32,000 nucleotides of DNA from Candidatus Saccharimonadota bacterium. GTDB taxonomy: Bacteria; Patescibacteriota; Patescibacteriia; 2-12-FULL-60-25. A program made the position numbers and the translations under genes. The stretch lies in assembly GCA_022843095.1 (NCBI GenBank), contig JALHOH010000002.1, forward strand, positions 270,001 to 302,000, in the 5' to 3' direction. How positions within the stretch are numbered: the first letter of the stretch is position 1; each line of letters opens with the position of its first letter. Shown piece by piece: positions 17,289 through 25,540 of the stretch. Below the pieces are notes generated by a model. It was given only the letters and a program-made list of their open reading frames with translations. It was not told the origin of the DNA and ran no database searches.

Positions 17289-18014
17289 TTATTCTTTTGG
17301 AGGCGTTGGCGCGTCGCCTCCCATTTCGTAGGTAAACGGCATTTTTTTGAACGGACCACGCGTCAACATGTGCAATTCGCTGTAAAGATACTTGGCCGTC
17401 AACAGCGCGCGCCCTTCCTTATCCAGACGCCGGACGGAAACCGGAATTTTGTGTTTACGCAAAATCCCAAATGCAAACCCCGCTTTCTTGGCGCGACGCA
17501 CATAATCATGATCTTCTGCGAACACGACCTCTTCATCAAATCCACCAATGGCACGATGGGCGTCTCGTGTCGCGAACATGCAAAACCCCGCCGCATGCGG
17601 TAACACTTTTTCCGTGGCCAGCGTATACACGTTGTAGGCCTCATGCATCGCCTGGTCGATCATGCTCCCCTGGTACGCAAACACACGACAGGTCGTCACA
17701 TCAAACTTCTTTGTCGCCATTTCGTGCATGCAATCCTCCACAAATGATGCGTGCGGCAAAATCACGTCTGCATCAAAAAACATAAGCACATCCCCTTCTG
17801 CCGCCTCCGCTCCCCGATTCCGTCCCGGCCCCGGCATCCCACCTTCCACCACGCGCGCTCCAAACGATGCCGCAATCTGACGCGTGGCATCGGACGATTT
17901 GGCATCTGCGACGATGATTTCGTAGTCGCGAAAGGACTGCCCTCGAATGGATCGGAGCAGATTTGGGAGATTCTTTTCCTCGTTCTTCGTCGGAATGACG
18001 ATCGAGACGTTCAT
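17289..18014 (-). CDS. Glycosyltransferase family 2
   Basis: Start at ATG 18014. MNVSIVIPTKNEEKNLPNLLRSIRGQSFRDYEIIVADAKSSD...FFDADV shows the GT-A fold N-terminus with a DxD-like motif. Confidence 0.85.
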   Translation of the reverse strand: MNVSIVIPTKNEEKNLPNLLRSIRGQSFRDYEIIVADAKSSDATRQIAASFGARVVEGGMPGPGRNRGAEAAEGDVLMFFDADVILPHASFVEDCMHEMATKKFDVTTCRVFAYQGSMIDQAMHEAYNVYTLATEKVLPHAAGFCMFATRDAHRAIGGFDEEVVFAEDHDYVRRAKKAGFAFGILRKHKIPVSVRRLDKEGRALLTAKYLYSELHMLTRGPFKKMPFTYEMGGDAPTPPKE

Positions 18015-18046
18015 GGCAAAAATACTAGCAAAATTGCGTATTTTTG

Positions 18047-18505
18047 TCACGTTTTTTTGCTCAGGATCGCCCAACTCGCAATCCCGGCCGCCACACTCAC
18101 GTTGAGCGATTCCTTGATCCCGTGCTGTGTGATTTTGACCGCGCCCGCGCACCGGGTCAGCAAGGACGGTGGGATCCCAGTCGTTTCGGTCCCAAGCAAA
18201 AGTGCACATCGATCCGGCGCATTAAACCCCGCGAGATCCACGGCATCCGGGGTAAGCTCAAGGGCAAACACCGAAATCCCCTCTGCCTGAAGCGCGGCAA
18301 ATACCTCCGCAATATCCGTCTTTTGCTCCCAAGGAACCACCTTCTCCGCACCCAGCGCCACCTTGTGTATTTTATCGTCCGGCGGGGTGGGCGTGTATCC
18401 GGCAAGCCACAACTTCACAACCCCCAATGAATCACACGTTCGAAACAACGCGCCCACGTTTTCGCGGGAACGAATGTCATGAGCGATGAGGTGTAATTCA
18501 CGCAT
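18047..18505 (-). CDS. SpoU/TrmH family RNA 2'-O-methyltransferase
   Basis: 152 aa. Contains IRSRENVGALFRTCDSLGV, ALLLGTETTGIP and SLNVSVAAGIA, which are SPOUT motifs 1-3. Confidence 0.85.
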   Translation of the reverse strand: MRELHLIAHDIRSRENVGALFRTCDSLGVVKLWLAGYTPTPPDDKIHKVALGAEKVVPWEQKTDIAEVFAALQAEGISVFALELTPDAVDLAGFNAPDRCALLLGTETTGIPPSLLTRCAGAVKITQHGIKESLNVSVAAGIASWAILSKKT

Positions 18506-18586
18506 GTAAAAAGCCTAGCCGGAAACTGAGAACACGACCAGAGCGCCCCGATTGACGCGCACGCCATTCCCCCGCATCCTTGGCAT

Positions 18587-19948
18587 ATGAAATTCGGCGA
18601 CGTACTGACAGGACACGTAACCGGCGTGAATGACGCCGGACGGGGGACGTTCGAGTATCCCCTCCCACACACCCCGGACGAGACGCGTACCGTCGCCGTC
18701 CCCTTTGCCCTTCCCGGCGATACCATCGACGCGACCTTTGTAAAACGCGACAAAGGGAGTTGGATCGGGCGACTACATGCCGTGACCTCAAAAAGCCCGG
18801 ATCGGGTGGATGCGCCCTGCCCGCACGCCGGTGTGTGTGGCGGATGCTTGTGGCAATCCCTTGCGTACCCCGCACAGCTCACGCTGAAACGCGACATGAT
18901 CAATGCAGCATTTGCCAAGGCAGGTCACGACGAACGCGTGACGGAAGTCGTGGGATCGCCGACACAGTTCCACCATCGCAATCGGATGGATTTTGCCATT
19001 GGCTGGAAAGGAGAAGTTGGTCTCAAAGAATACGGCGCATGGAACCGCTACTTAGATCTCTCCACCTGCCTGTTGCTGGATGAAGAAACGCCACGCATTT
19101 TTGCCGGCGTGCGAACCATTCTTGAAACCACCGGACTTGTACCCTGGGACGCAAAACGCTACGAAGGCGATCTGCGCTATTGCATCATCCGGCGTGGCAT
19201 CAACACCAACGAGCGCATGATCACGCTGCTGGTCAAAGATTTGGCGCGCGTAACCGACGCGATGCGTGAAACGATCAAAGACACCCTCTCCCCCTTCGCA
19301 ACCACGCTCTATCTGGGGGAAAATCCAGAAATCACCGATCTCTCCCTGGCAAAAACACTCGTCCTTTTGCAAGGAAAACCGATGCTCGAAGAACGGGTGA
19401 ACGACATTCAGTACCAGATCCATCCTAACTCCTTTTTCCAGACCAATACCTCCATGGCGGGGGTGCTTCAGGAGGCCGTGCTTAGACAATGCGGACCGCT
19501 TTCCGGCAAAAAACTTCTGGACCTGTATTGTGGACTCGGATTCTTTGGGATCGCCGCGGCCACCAAAGGGGCGGACGTCTACGGCCATGAATTAGATGCG
19601 CCGGCGATCGAACTTGCGCGCGTGAACGCCAAGGCGAATGGCGTCGCCGATCGATGCCGGTTTGGCGCAGGACCGGTCGAGGCGTTTGATTGGTCTGCAG
19701 AACGCCCGGATGTGGTGATCGTTGATCCACCTCGCGCGGGGCTACATCCAAAAGCGTTGAAGATGCTCGTGGATCAGGCGCCGAACAAAATCGTCTACGT
19801 CTCGTGCAGCTACCATCGCCTGGTCAACGAACTAAAAACACTCAAAGAAACGTACACCGTCTCGTCCCTCCACGCGTTTGATCTGTTTCCGCACACGCCA
19901 CACGTCGAGGTGGTAGCGACACTGGATCGACGAGCGGAAACGCTTTGA
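18587..19948 (+). CDS. RNA (uracil-5-)-methyltransferase, RumA/TrmA family, with TRAM domain and Fe-S Cys cluster
   Basis: 453 aa. It has an N-terminal TRAM-like beta-barrel and the Cys cluster CPHAGVCGGCLWQ. The SAM-binding motif is LLDLYCGLGFFG. Also present are IVDPPRAG and a C-terminal catalytic region (VYVSCS). Confidence 0.9.
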   Translation: MKFGDVLTGHVTGVNDAGRGTFEYPLPHTPDETRTVAVPFALPGDTIDATFVKRDKGSWIGRLHAVTSKSPDRVDAPCPHAGVCGGCLWQSLAYPAQLTLKRDMINAAFAKAGHDERVTEVVGSPTQFHHRNRMDFAIGWKGEVGLKEYGAWNRYLDLSTCLLLDEETPRIFAGVRTILETTGLVPWDAKRYEGDLRYCIIRRGINTNERMITLLVKDLARVTDAMRETIKDTLSPFATTLYLGENPEITDLSLAKTLVLLQGKPMLEERVNDIQYQIHPNSFFQTNTSMAGVLQEAVLRQCGPLSGKKLLDLYCGLGFFGIAAATKGADVYGHELDAPAIELARVNAKANGVADRCRFGAGPVEAFDWSAERPDVVIVDPPRAGLHPKALKMLVDQAPNKIVYVSCSYHRLVNELKTLKETYTVSSLHAFDLFPHTPHVEVVATLDRRAETL

Positions 19949-19985
19949 CAGAACGGCTGAACCGCGCCACGATACGTTCATTCCT

Positions 19986-20843
19986 ATGAAATCTGGATTC
20001 GTGGTGCTCGCCGGGCGTTCGAACGTGGGGAAATCCACCCTCATGAACGAGCTGGTCGGCACAAAAGTAGCGATCGTCACACCAAAACCCCAAACCACCC
20101 GCGTGCCCGTCCGTGGGGTGTATAACGATACGCGTGGTCAGCTTGTGTTCGTGGACACGCCTGGGTTCTTTTTGGGCAAACGCGACCCCGTCTCCGAACG
20201 GTTAAACGAGTTTGTCAAAGAATCCCTGGAAGGGATCGACGCGATCGTCTACGTCATGGATCCAACGCGTGAACCCGGCGCAGAAGAAGACGCGATTCAA
20301 GACATTCTTCGCCAAACAGGCACGCCAATCATCGCGGTCGTAAACAAAAGCGATCTTGCCGAAACCGCACGCCCCGCACTCCAGGTGATGCGTCGGGTCG
20401 ATGTCGGACAGATCAAAACGCTCGAAATCTCCGCCAAACGACGGCAAGATTTAAATACCCTGATCGACGCTTTGTTCGACCTCATGCCAGAAGGCGAACC
20501 GTTTTATCCGGAATTCCAGCTCACCGACCTGTCGCAAAAGCAATGGATCGAAGAATTGATCCGTGAAAAGGCGTTTTTGAATCTGGAAAAAGAATTGCCC
20601 TACACGGTGAAGGTAGAGGTCACGGAACTGGAGCAAGAAGGCGAAGACCGTCGCCGTATTGCTGCCACCATTTGGACCACCGAGGACCGCTACAAAGGGA
20701 TGTTGATCGGCGCACGCGGACAGATGATCAAAGAAATCGGCATGACGGCGCGCAAAGAACTGGAGGCCGCTACGAACCTGCACATCCATCTCGAACTCAC
20801 GGTCAAAGTCGACCCGAAGTGGCCACAACGGTTCGGTGTTTGA
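19986..20843 (+). CDS. era: GTPase Era
   Basis: 285 aa. Contains GRSNVGKSTLMN (G1), DTPG (G3) and NKSD (G4). The C-terminal KH domain includes VEELIREK-like and GMLIGARGQMIKEIG segments. Confidence 0.95.
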   Translation: MKSGFVVLAGRSNVGKSTLMNELVGTKVAIVTPKPQTTRVPVRGVYNDTRGQLVFVDTPGFFLGKRDPVSERLNEFVKESLEGIDAIVYVMDPTREPGAEEDAIQDILRQTGTPIIAVVNKSDLAETARPALQVMRRVDVGQIKTLEISAKRRQDLNTLIDALFDLMPEGEPFYPEFQLTDLSQKQWIEELIREKAFLNLEKELPYTVKVEVTELEQEGEDRRRIAATIWTTEDRYKGMLIGARGQMIKEIGMTARKELEAATNLHIHLELTVKVDPKWPQRFGV

Positions 20844-20857
20844 TATAGTCATGAGGC

Positions 20858-21550
20858 ATGGAAGCATCCCATCCTCACCCAGAACGACTTCCGACGCAGG
20901 CGAAGCTCTGCGCATTTTTGGCGTCCGTTGGGGCGCCGGATGCATGCAAGCATCTCGCCCCTAAAAACGAGGGACGCGAACACGACCCACGCTACCCCTG
21001 GACCGCCGAAACGGTTCTCTTGGATCAGCTCTACCGCCTTCAGGCACGTTCGCCACAGGCGATGGCGCAGATCAACGAAGTGCGTAGCCATGTCTACGCC
21101 GCTACCTGGGAAAGCGGTCCGCCGCCTAAACCCGACGCTGTGCAGGCAGCGCTCCCCGTCCTTCGCGCTCTCGTGAAGGATACGGCACGGGCGGTCGAAC
21201 AGGCCGGCCCAACCGACGTAGACGCACGTCGTGATGCGGAAGAACTGCGTGACGAGCTGAATCTCGCACTGCATCGCATCGAGCAGGCCCTTCGGGATCG
21301 CCCCTGCGATGACGAGGCAGAGCCGTCAACGCGCGCCATCGAGCGACTCTACGGAATCGCCTGGCTGGATCTGACACGCACCATGCGACGCGCCAATGTC
21401 CTCTGGGACAACTGGCAGACGGCAAAAAAGCCGATGCGCGAAGAGCTGGAACGCCTCATTCGCCGCATCGAAGCGATCCGCCCCGCGCGGAATCTGCTGT
21501 ACTACGATCGCGCGTACAAAACGTGGTGCCAAATCGCCCACAACTCCTAA
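20858..21550 (+). CDS. Hypothetical soluble alpha-helical protein (no recognisable family)
   Basis: 230-aa ORF immediately after era, with no TM segment and an Arg/Glu/Ala-rich helical composition. It is followed by a strong intrinsic terminator. By hand count, three 60-nt lines give about 66% G+C. Confidence 0.55.
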   Translation: MEASHPHPERLPTQAKLCAFLASVGAPDACKHLAPKNEGREHDPRYPWTAETVLLDQLYRLQARSPQAMAQINEVRSHVYAATWESGPPPKPDAVQAALPVLRALVKDTARAVEQAGPTDVDARRDAEELRDELNLALHRIEQALRDRPCDDEAEPSTRAIERLYGIAWLDLTRTMRRANVLWDNWQTAKKPMREELERLIRRIEAIRPARNLLYYDRAYKTWCQIAHNS

Positions 21551-21557
21551 ACGCGCA

Positions 21558-21588
21558 CGACCTCCCACGCGGGAGGTCGTTTTCTCTC
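21558..21588 (+). terminator. Intrinsic terminator after the hypothetical gene
   Basis: cgacctccc-acgc-gggaggtcg forms a 9-bp GC-rich stem and is followed by ttttctctc. Confidence 0.65.
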
Positions 21589-21589
21589 A

Positions 21590-22486
21590 TTATTGCGCCG
21601 CCTGAACTTTGAGGTTCTTGATCTCGTAACCGAACACATTTTTCAGACTTCGTTCCTGTTCATTCATCCCGGCCACGACACCATACGTTACCGGATTCAC
21701 CGAGAGCTTCAGCACCAATGGATTGTGGCGGTTCTTTAGCACCAGCACCTCCCCAAACCAATTCTTGGCGCGAATGGCATGCACCTTCACGTCCTTTCCA
21801 TTCACCTTGATCGTCACCTCAACCGGGTCTTTTTCTGCTTCCAGCAAGGTGATTTCTTTTTTCTTTTCTTCCACCTTTTGATTCCCCTTCAACTTCGCAA
21901 ACGCATCCGCGACCTCCTTTAATCCTTTGAATAACTGATTTGCGGCATCATCCACCAACCCAAAACTCAACGCCGTTTTCCCCGTCTTATCCAGTTCTTG
22001 ATAGGCATCATCCGACAACCAAAGCCCGCTCTTATCCCCATTCAAACTCACCGGACCGGGCTGCCAATAGGTCGGCGAGCCCAAAACATGTGCGCTTTGA
22101 AGATTGATCTCTGAGACGGTTCCAGAGGCTGTTACCTCTTCGTTCCCCTTCTCTGTGCGTTCGATGGCACGCAGCGCCCAGTTGAATTCCGCCAAGAAGA
22201 ACGGCGCGAACCGCTTGATGGTCACCTCACGCGGCTGAGTCTTCCACTTGGTATTCTCAAGCAAGTTCGTCCCCATGCCGAACACGGTGGAGTGGACTTC
22301 AAAGGTATCCCCACCCATAAAGACGATTTTTTGCGCGGCCTCCGCTGGCGGAAGTGTTTCCAGTGCACGCGTTTCTCCCGTGGTGGGTTCCGTCCCTGGA
22401 CGCCACGAAGCGAGCCGATCACGGCACCCTGCGCCTAATACCAGTAACACCGCTCCGGCAACGACCCAAGTAATCCAGCGATTCAT
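21590..22486 (-). CDS. Hypothetical lipoprotein (Lys-rich, lower GC)
   Basis: Start at ATG 22486. MNRWITWVVAGAVLLVLGAGC has the lipobox LGAG|C. The protein is 298 aa and no domain was recognised. By hand count, six 60-nt lines give about 48% G+C. Confidence 0.7.
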   Translation of the reverse strand: MNRWITWVVAGAVLLVLGAGCRDRLASWRPGTEPTTGETRALETLPPAEAAQKIVFMGGDTFEVHSTVFGMGTNLLENTKWKTQPREVTIKRFAPFFLAEFNWALRAIERTEKGNEEVTASGTVSEINLQSAHVLGSPTYWQPGPVSLNGDKSGLWLSDDAYQELDKTGKTALSFGLVDDAANQLFKGLKEVADAFAKLKGNQKVEEKKKEITLLEAEKDPVEVTIKVNGKDVKVHAIRAKNWFGEVLVLKNRHNPLVLKLSVNPVTYGVVAGMNEQERSLKNVFGYEIKNLKVQAAQ

Positions 22487-22574
22487 ATGGGGAAAAGAGT
22501 AGCCGATGTGCAGGCGCGTTGTGAAGATGCGACCGCCGTGGCTATACTTGACGAACGAATCAAACACCTCTTCT

Positions 22575-23042
22575 ATGACAACTACCGAACCTGCGTCGCT
22601 TTCTGTCGATGCCCGCGCTCCTGACTTTACGTTAAACGATCAAGCAGGAAACGCCGTGACCCTTTCCGCCTTTCAAGGCAAGCATCCGGTCGTCCTCATC
22701 TTTTATCCCGGCGACATGACCCCAGGCTGCACCGTCCAGCTTTGCTCCATTCGGGATGATTGGGCGGAATTCGCTGCGCTCGGCATCAAGGTCTTTGGCG
22801 TCAATCACGCAAACGCCGCCTCGCATACCAAGTTTATCGACAAACACACGTTCCCTTTCCCGTTGCTCATAGACGAAGGAAAGCAGGTCAGCAAAACCTA
22901 TGGCGCGATCAAAAAATTCTTTAAAGCCGAGGTGATCGCTCGCACGGTTGTAGGGATCGATAAAGAGGGCGTAATCCGCTACTACAAACGCGGGATGCCC
23001 AAAGACGCGGATATCTTGAAAGCCATAAAACCCTATTGCTAA
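22575..23042 (+). CDS. bcp: Thiol peroxidase Bcp (peroxiredoxin, BCP/PrxQ subfamily)
   Basis: Start at ATG 22575. VVLIFYPGDMTPGCTVQLCSIRD contains the PGCT peroxidatic Cys, with the resolving Cys 5 residues later. Confidence 0.9.
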   Translation: MTTTEPASLSVDARAPDFTLNDQAGNAVTLSAFQGKHPVVLIFYPGDMTPGCTVQLCSIRDDWAEFAALGIKVFGVNHANAASHTKFIDKHTFPFPLLIDEGKQVSKTYGAIKKFFKAEVIARTVVGIDKEGVIRYYKRGMPKDADILKAIKPYC

Positions 23043-23053
23043 CTTCCTATTCT

Positions 23054-23650
23054 ATGTCTACTGCAAAACCACTGTCCTACACGACGCTTCAAGGAATTTC
23101 GGAAAAGACGCTCACGGTGCATCACGACAAACTCTACGCAGGGTACGTCACAAAAAAGAACGAGATTGAGGCAAAACTTGAACTGCTGATGAAAGGCGGC
23201 GATGTCTCTACGGCAAACCAATCGTTTTCAGAGCTCCGCGCCCTGAAAGACGGCGAAACATTTGCCGTGAACGGTGTGTATCTGCACGAATATTATTTTG
23301 ATGTGCTTGGCGGAACCGGAGACGCAACAGGCGCGCTCGTGGATGCGTTGACCGCACAGTACGGATCATTCGCCAATTTTCAGGCGTATTTCTCCGCGTG
23401 TGGGATGGCGGCACGCGGCTGGGTTGTGCTTTGCTACGATCTCCAGGATCAGGCGCTCAAGGTCTACATCGGAGATGCGCATAACCAAGGGGGCATCTGG
23501 GGATGTCTCCCGGTTCTCGTGCTCGACGTCTACGAACACGCCTATTTCATGGACTACGGCAGCGATCGCAAAGCGTACATCGCGGAATGGTGGAAAAACA
23601 TCGACTGGGCAAAAGCAACCGCCCTTTACCAACGTGCGACGCGCCCGTAA
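23054..23650 (+). CDS. Fe/Mn-family superoxide dismutase
   Basis: Start at ATG 23054. Contains TVHHDKLYAGYV (ligand His), NGVYLHEYYF (ligand His) and LDVYEHAYFMDY (the D-x-x-x-H ligands). Confidence 0.9.
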   Translation: MSTAKPLSYTTLQGISEKTLTVHHDKLYAGYVTKKNEIEAKLELLMKGGDVSTANQSFSELRALKDGETFAVNGVYLHEYYFDVLGGTGDATGALVDALTAQYGSFANFQAYFSACGMAARGWVVLCYDLQDQALKVYIGDAHNQGGIWGCLPVLVLDVYEHAYFMDYGSDRKAYIAEWWKNIDWAKATALYQRATRP

Positions 23651-23655
23651 CCTAC

Positions 23656-23689
23656 CGAGGTGGCCCTTCAAAGCCACCTCGATTTGTTG
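23656..23689 (+). terminator. Terminator-like hairpin between SOD and peroxiredoxin genes
   Basis: cgaggtggc-ccttcaaa-gccacctcg forms a 9-bp stem and is followed by atttgttg. The U-tract is interrupted, so this could be an attenuator or partial terminator. Confidence 0.45.
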
Positions 23690-23702
23690 AACATGTCACT
23701 TT

Positions 23703-24245
23703 ATGGAACTCCAAAAATCATTCGCACAAGTAAGCCGCCCGGCTCCGGATTTTACCCTGGAAGGGTATGCCCCAGACGGATCGTTTAAGCAATATTCCTT
23801 GAAAGATCATCGCGGCAAGTGGGTCGTCTTGTTCTTCTACCCGCTGGACTTTACGTTCATCTGCCCGACGGAAATCACCGAATTCTCTACCTTGAACGGA
23901 GACTTCGAAAAATTGAACGCCGTCGTGTTTGGCGCATCCACGGATTCCTGCCACAGCCACAAAGCGTGGTGTGAAACCAAGCTCGGCAAGCTCGCCTACC
24001 CATTACTTTCGGACATGAGCCATGCCGCCTCTTCGGCTTACGGTGTCTTGATCGAAGAAAAGGGGGTGGCGCTTCGCGGCACGTTCGTTATCGATCCAGA
24101 CGGCATCCTTCGCTATGCGCTGTACCATGACATGGGCGTTGGTCGCTCGGTCAAAGAAGTCCTGCGCGTCGTGGAAGCATTGCAAACCGGCGAACTCTGC
24201 CCCGCAAGCTGGGCTCCAGGGAAGCCAACGCTTGGCAAGGCATAA
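23703..24245 (+). CDS. ahpC: Typical 2-Cys peroxiredoxin (AhpC/Prx1 subfamily)
   Basis: 180 aa. FFYPLDFTFICPTEI carries the peroxidatic Cys. The C-terminal GELCPASW carries the resolving Cys. Confidence 0.9.
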   Translation: MELQKSFAQVSRPAPDFTLEGYAPDGSFKQYSLKDHRGKWVVLFFYPLDFTFICPTEITEFSTLNGDFEKLNAVVFGASTDSCHSHKAWCETKLGKLAYPLLSDMSHAASSAYGVLIEEKGVALRGTFVIDPDGILRYALYHDMGVGRSVKEVLRVVEALQTGELCPASWAPGKPTLGKA

Positions 24246-24249
24246 CAAA

Positions 24250-24278
24250 CAAAAAAGAGGCGATCGCCTCTTTTTTTG
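24250..24278. terminator. Bidirectional intrinsic terminator between convergent ahpC and glutaredoxin genes
   Basis: caaaaa-agaggcgatcgcctct-tttttt. A perfect 16-nt palindrome is flanked by an A-run and a T-run. Confidence 0.75.
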
Positions 24279-24289
24279 ATTTTCGTACC

Positions 24290-24532
24290 TTACGCCATTT
24301 GTGGCTTTTTTTCTAATACTTTCTCGATTTCTCCCTTGTTCCAACCAACGATGATCATCCCGTCGATATCCAACACCGGCACACCCATTTGGCCGGAGAT
24401 TTTGACCATTTCTTTCGCAGCATCGCCGTCGGCGGCAACGTCGATATCCTGAAACGCGACCCCCTTTTCTTTCAAGAAGTCCTTTGCAAGGCGGCAATAG
24501 GGGCAGGTGGGCGTGGAATACACTTTAATCAT
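24290..24532 (-). CDS. Glutaredoxin-family protein (CPYC active site)
   Basis: 80 aa. MIKVYSTPTCPYCRLAKDFLKEKGVAFQDIDV...GVPVLDIDG shows the thioredoxin fold with a CPYC motif. Confidence 0.85.
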   Translation of the reverse strand: MIKVYSTPTCPYCRLAKDFLKEKGVAFQDIDVAADGDAAKEMVKISGQMGVPVLDIDGMIIVGWNKGEIEKVLEKKPQMA

Positions 24533-24575
24533 ACAAAAAAGGCAAGTGAGCTTAGTTCAGGATGGTTTCTCTAGG

Positions 24576-24584
24576 AGTATACCA
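24576..24584 (-). promoter_or_regulatory. Candidate extended -10 promoter element for the glutaredoxin gene
   Basis: The minus strand reads TGGTATACT (TGn + TATACT) 44 nt upstream of the ATG. No convincing -35 is present. Confidence 0.3.
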
Positions 24585-24614
24585 TAGAACCTTACCAAAG
24601 CTGTGGATGACCGC

Positions 24615-24646
24615 AAGCAAAACCCCCCTGCCGATCGGAGGGGGGT
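24615..24646 (-). terminator. Intrinsic terminator after the HAD hydrolase gene
   Basis: The minus strand reads CCCCCCUCCGAUCGGCAGGGGGG (GC-rich near-perfect hairpin with one bulge), followed by UUUUGCUUG. It lies directly after the TAA at 24650. Confidence 0.65.
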
Positions 24647-24649
24647 GCA

Positions 24650-25495
24650 TTAGAGCCAGGTAAACCCGAGCGCATGGAGTCGACGCGCGAGCTCGACCCC
24701 CAGGTCGTCCGGGAGGCATTTCTGGATGCCTGGACGTTCGCACGTCGGAGTCGCCGCGACCTCGTTCGCCATGGCGCGAGCGGACAGATCAAGAGTGATC
24801 ACATCCTTCCGCTCCATGACCAGTGGATAGCCTCGCCCAAACGCCTCTTTGTAGAGCGCGCGATTCGGGTTAAAGGCGAGCGGATGTCCAACGGCGTCAA
24901 AGAGATGGACATCCGACAGCGTATCCCCGATCGCGACCGACTCAGGCGTATCGAGCCCCAGACCCTCGAGGTGCTGTTCCAGCATCTTGGATTTGGGCGC
25001 GACGCCCTGCGTACGACGCTGGATCATCCCTTCTGTAATGGGCATCTCCGAACCGATCACGACGTCGAACTTCCACCGTTGGTTGAACACGTCGAGAACG
25101 AGTTGCGGGGAATGCGAGACCGCGACAGTCAGGTACCCACATGCACGCGCCGCAGCAAGCAGCTCGCGGGTGAACAGGTACACGTTGTCTCCCAGCTCTT
25201 CCTGGACACCATCGCTCACGCGCTGGATGGTCTCGACGCGGAGACCCTCCAAGAGCCCCCCTTCGTCCACCAAACGAATTAGCGCTTTTACGTAGTCATC
25301 GAACGGGCGCTTGCGACGCTTCCATTCGGTGTACAGCGCATCAACCTCCTTCAGACCGGGATGTTCGATCAAGTTCTCCTTTCGTAAGGCTTGAATCACC
25401 TGCAAAATCGCAGAATCACGGAAAAGCGTTCCATCCACATCGGACAAAACCGCCTTCCGCCGGGGCGGAACCTGATTGTTCTGGGGGGTATTCAT
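24650..25495 (-). CDS. HAD-superfamily hydrolase (HAD-IB / SerB-like phosphatase)
   Basis: 281 aa. VLSDVDGTLF is motif I (DxDGT). TVAVSHS is motif II. AIGDTLSDVHLF is motif IV (GDxxxD). Confidence 0.8.
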   Translation of the reverse strand: MNTPQNNQVPPRRKAVLSDVDGTLFRDSAILQVIQALRKENLIEHPGLKEVDALYTEWKRRKRPFDDYVKALIRLVDEGGLLEGLRVETIQRVSDGVQEELGDNVYLFTRELLAAARACGYLTVAVSHSPQLVLDVFNQRWKFDVVIGSEMPITEGMIQRRTQGVAPKSKMLEQHLEGLGLDTPESVAIGDTLSDVHLFDAVGHPLAFNPNRALYKEAFGRGYPLVMERKDVITLDLSARAMANEVAATPTCERPGIQKCLPDDLGVELARRLHALGFTWL

Positions 25496-25540
25496 CGAGC
25501 AATCCTCCGCTCGGGATCCTGCCCAGTTCCAGCGGAATCG

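Noticed and set aside
18552-18586. Possible leaderless promoter for the RumA-type methyltransferase. TTGACG lies 17 nt upstream of CATCCT, which ends 6 nt before the ATG.
   Set aside because: The -10 candidate matches the consensus at only two positions, so the call is too weak without transcript-start data.
12006-24267. HIP1-like octamer GCGATCGC (seen at 12006, 23562 and 24260), which might suggest a cyanobacterial-type iterated palindrome.
   Set aside because: I spotted only three copies by eye in 32 kb of GC-rich sequence, which is not convincingly above chance. One of them is simply the centre of a terminator palindrome.
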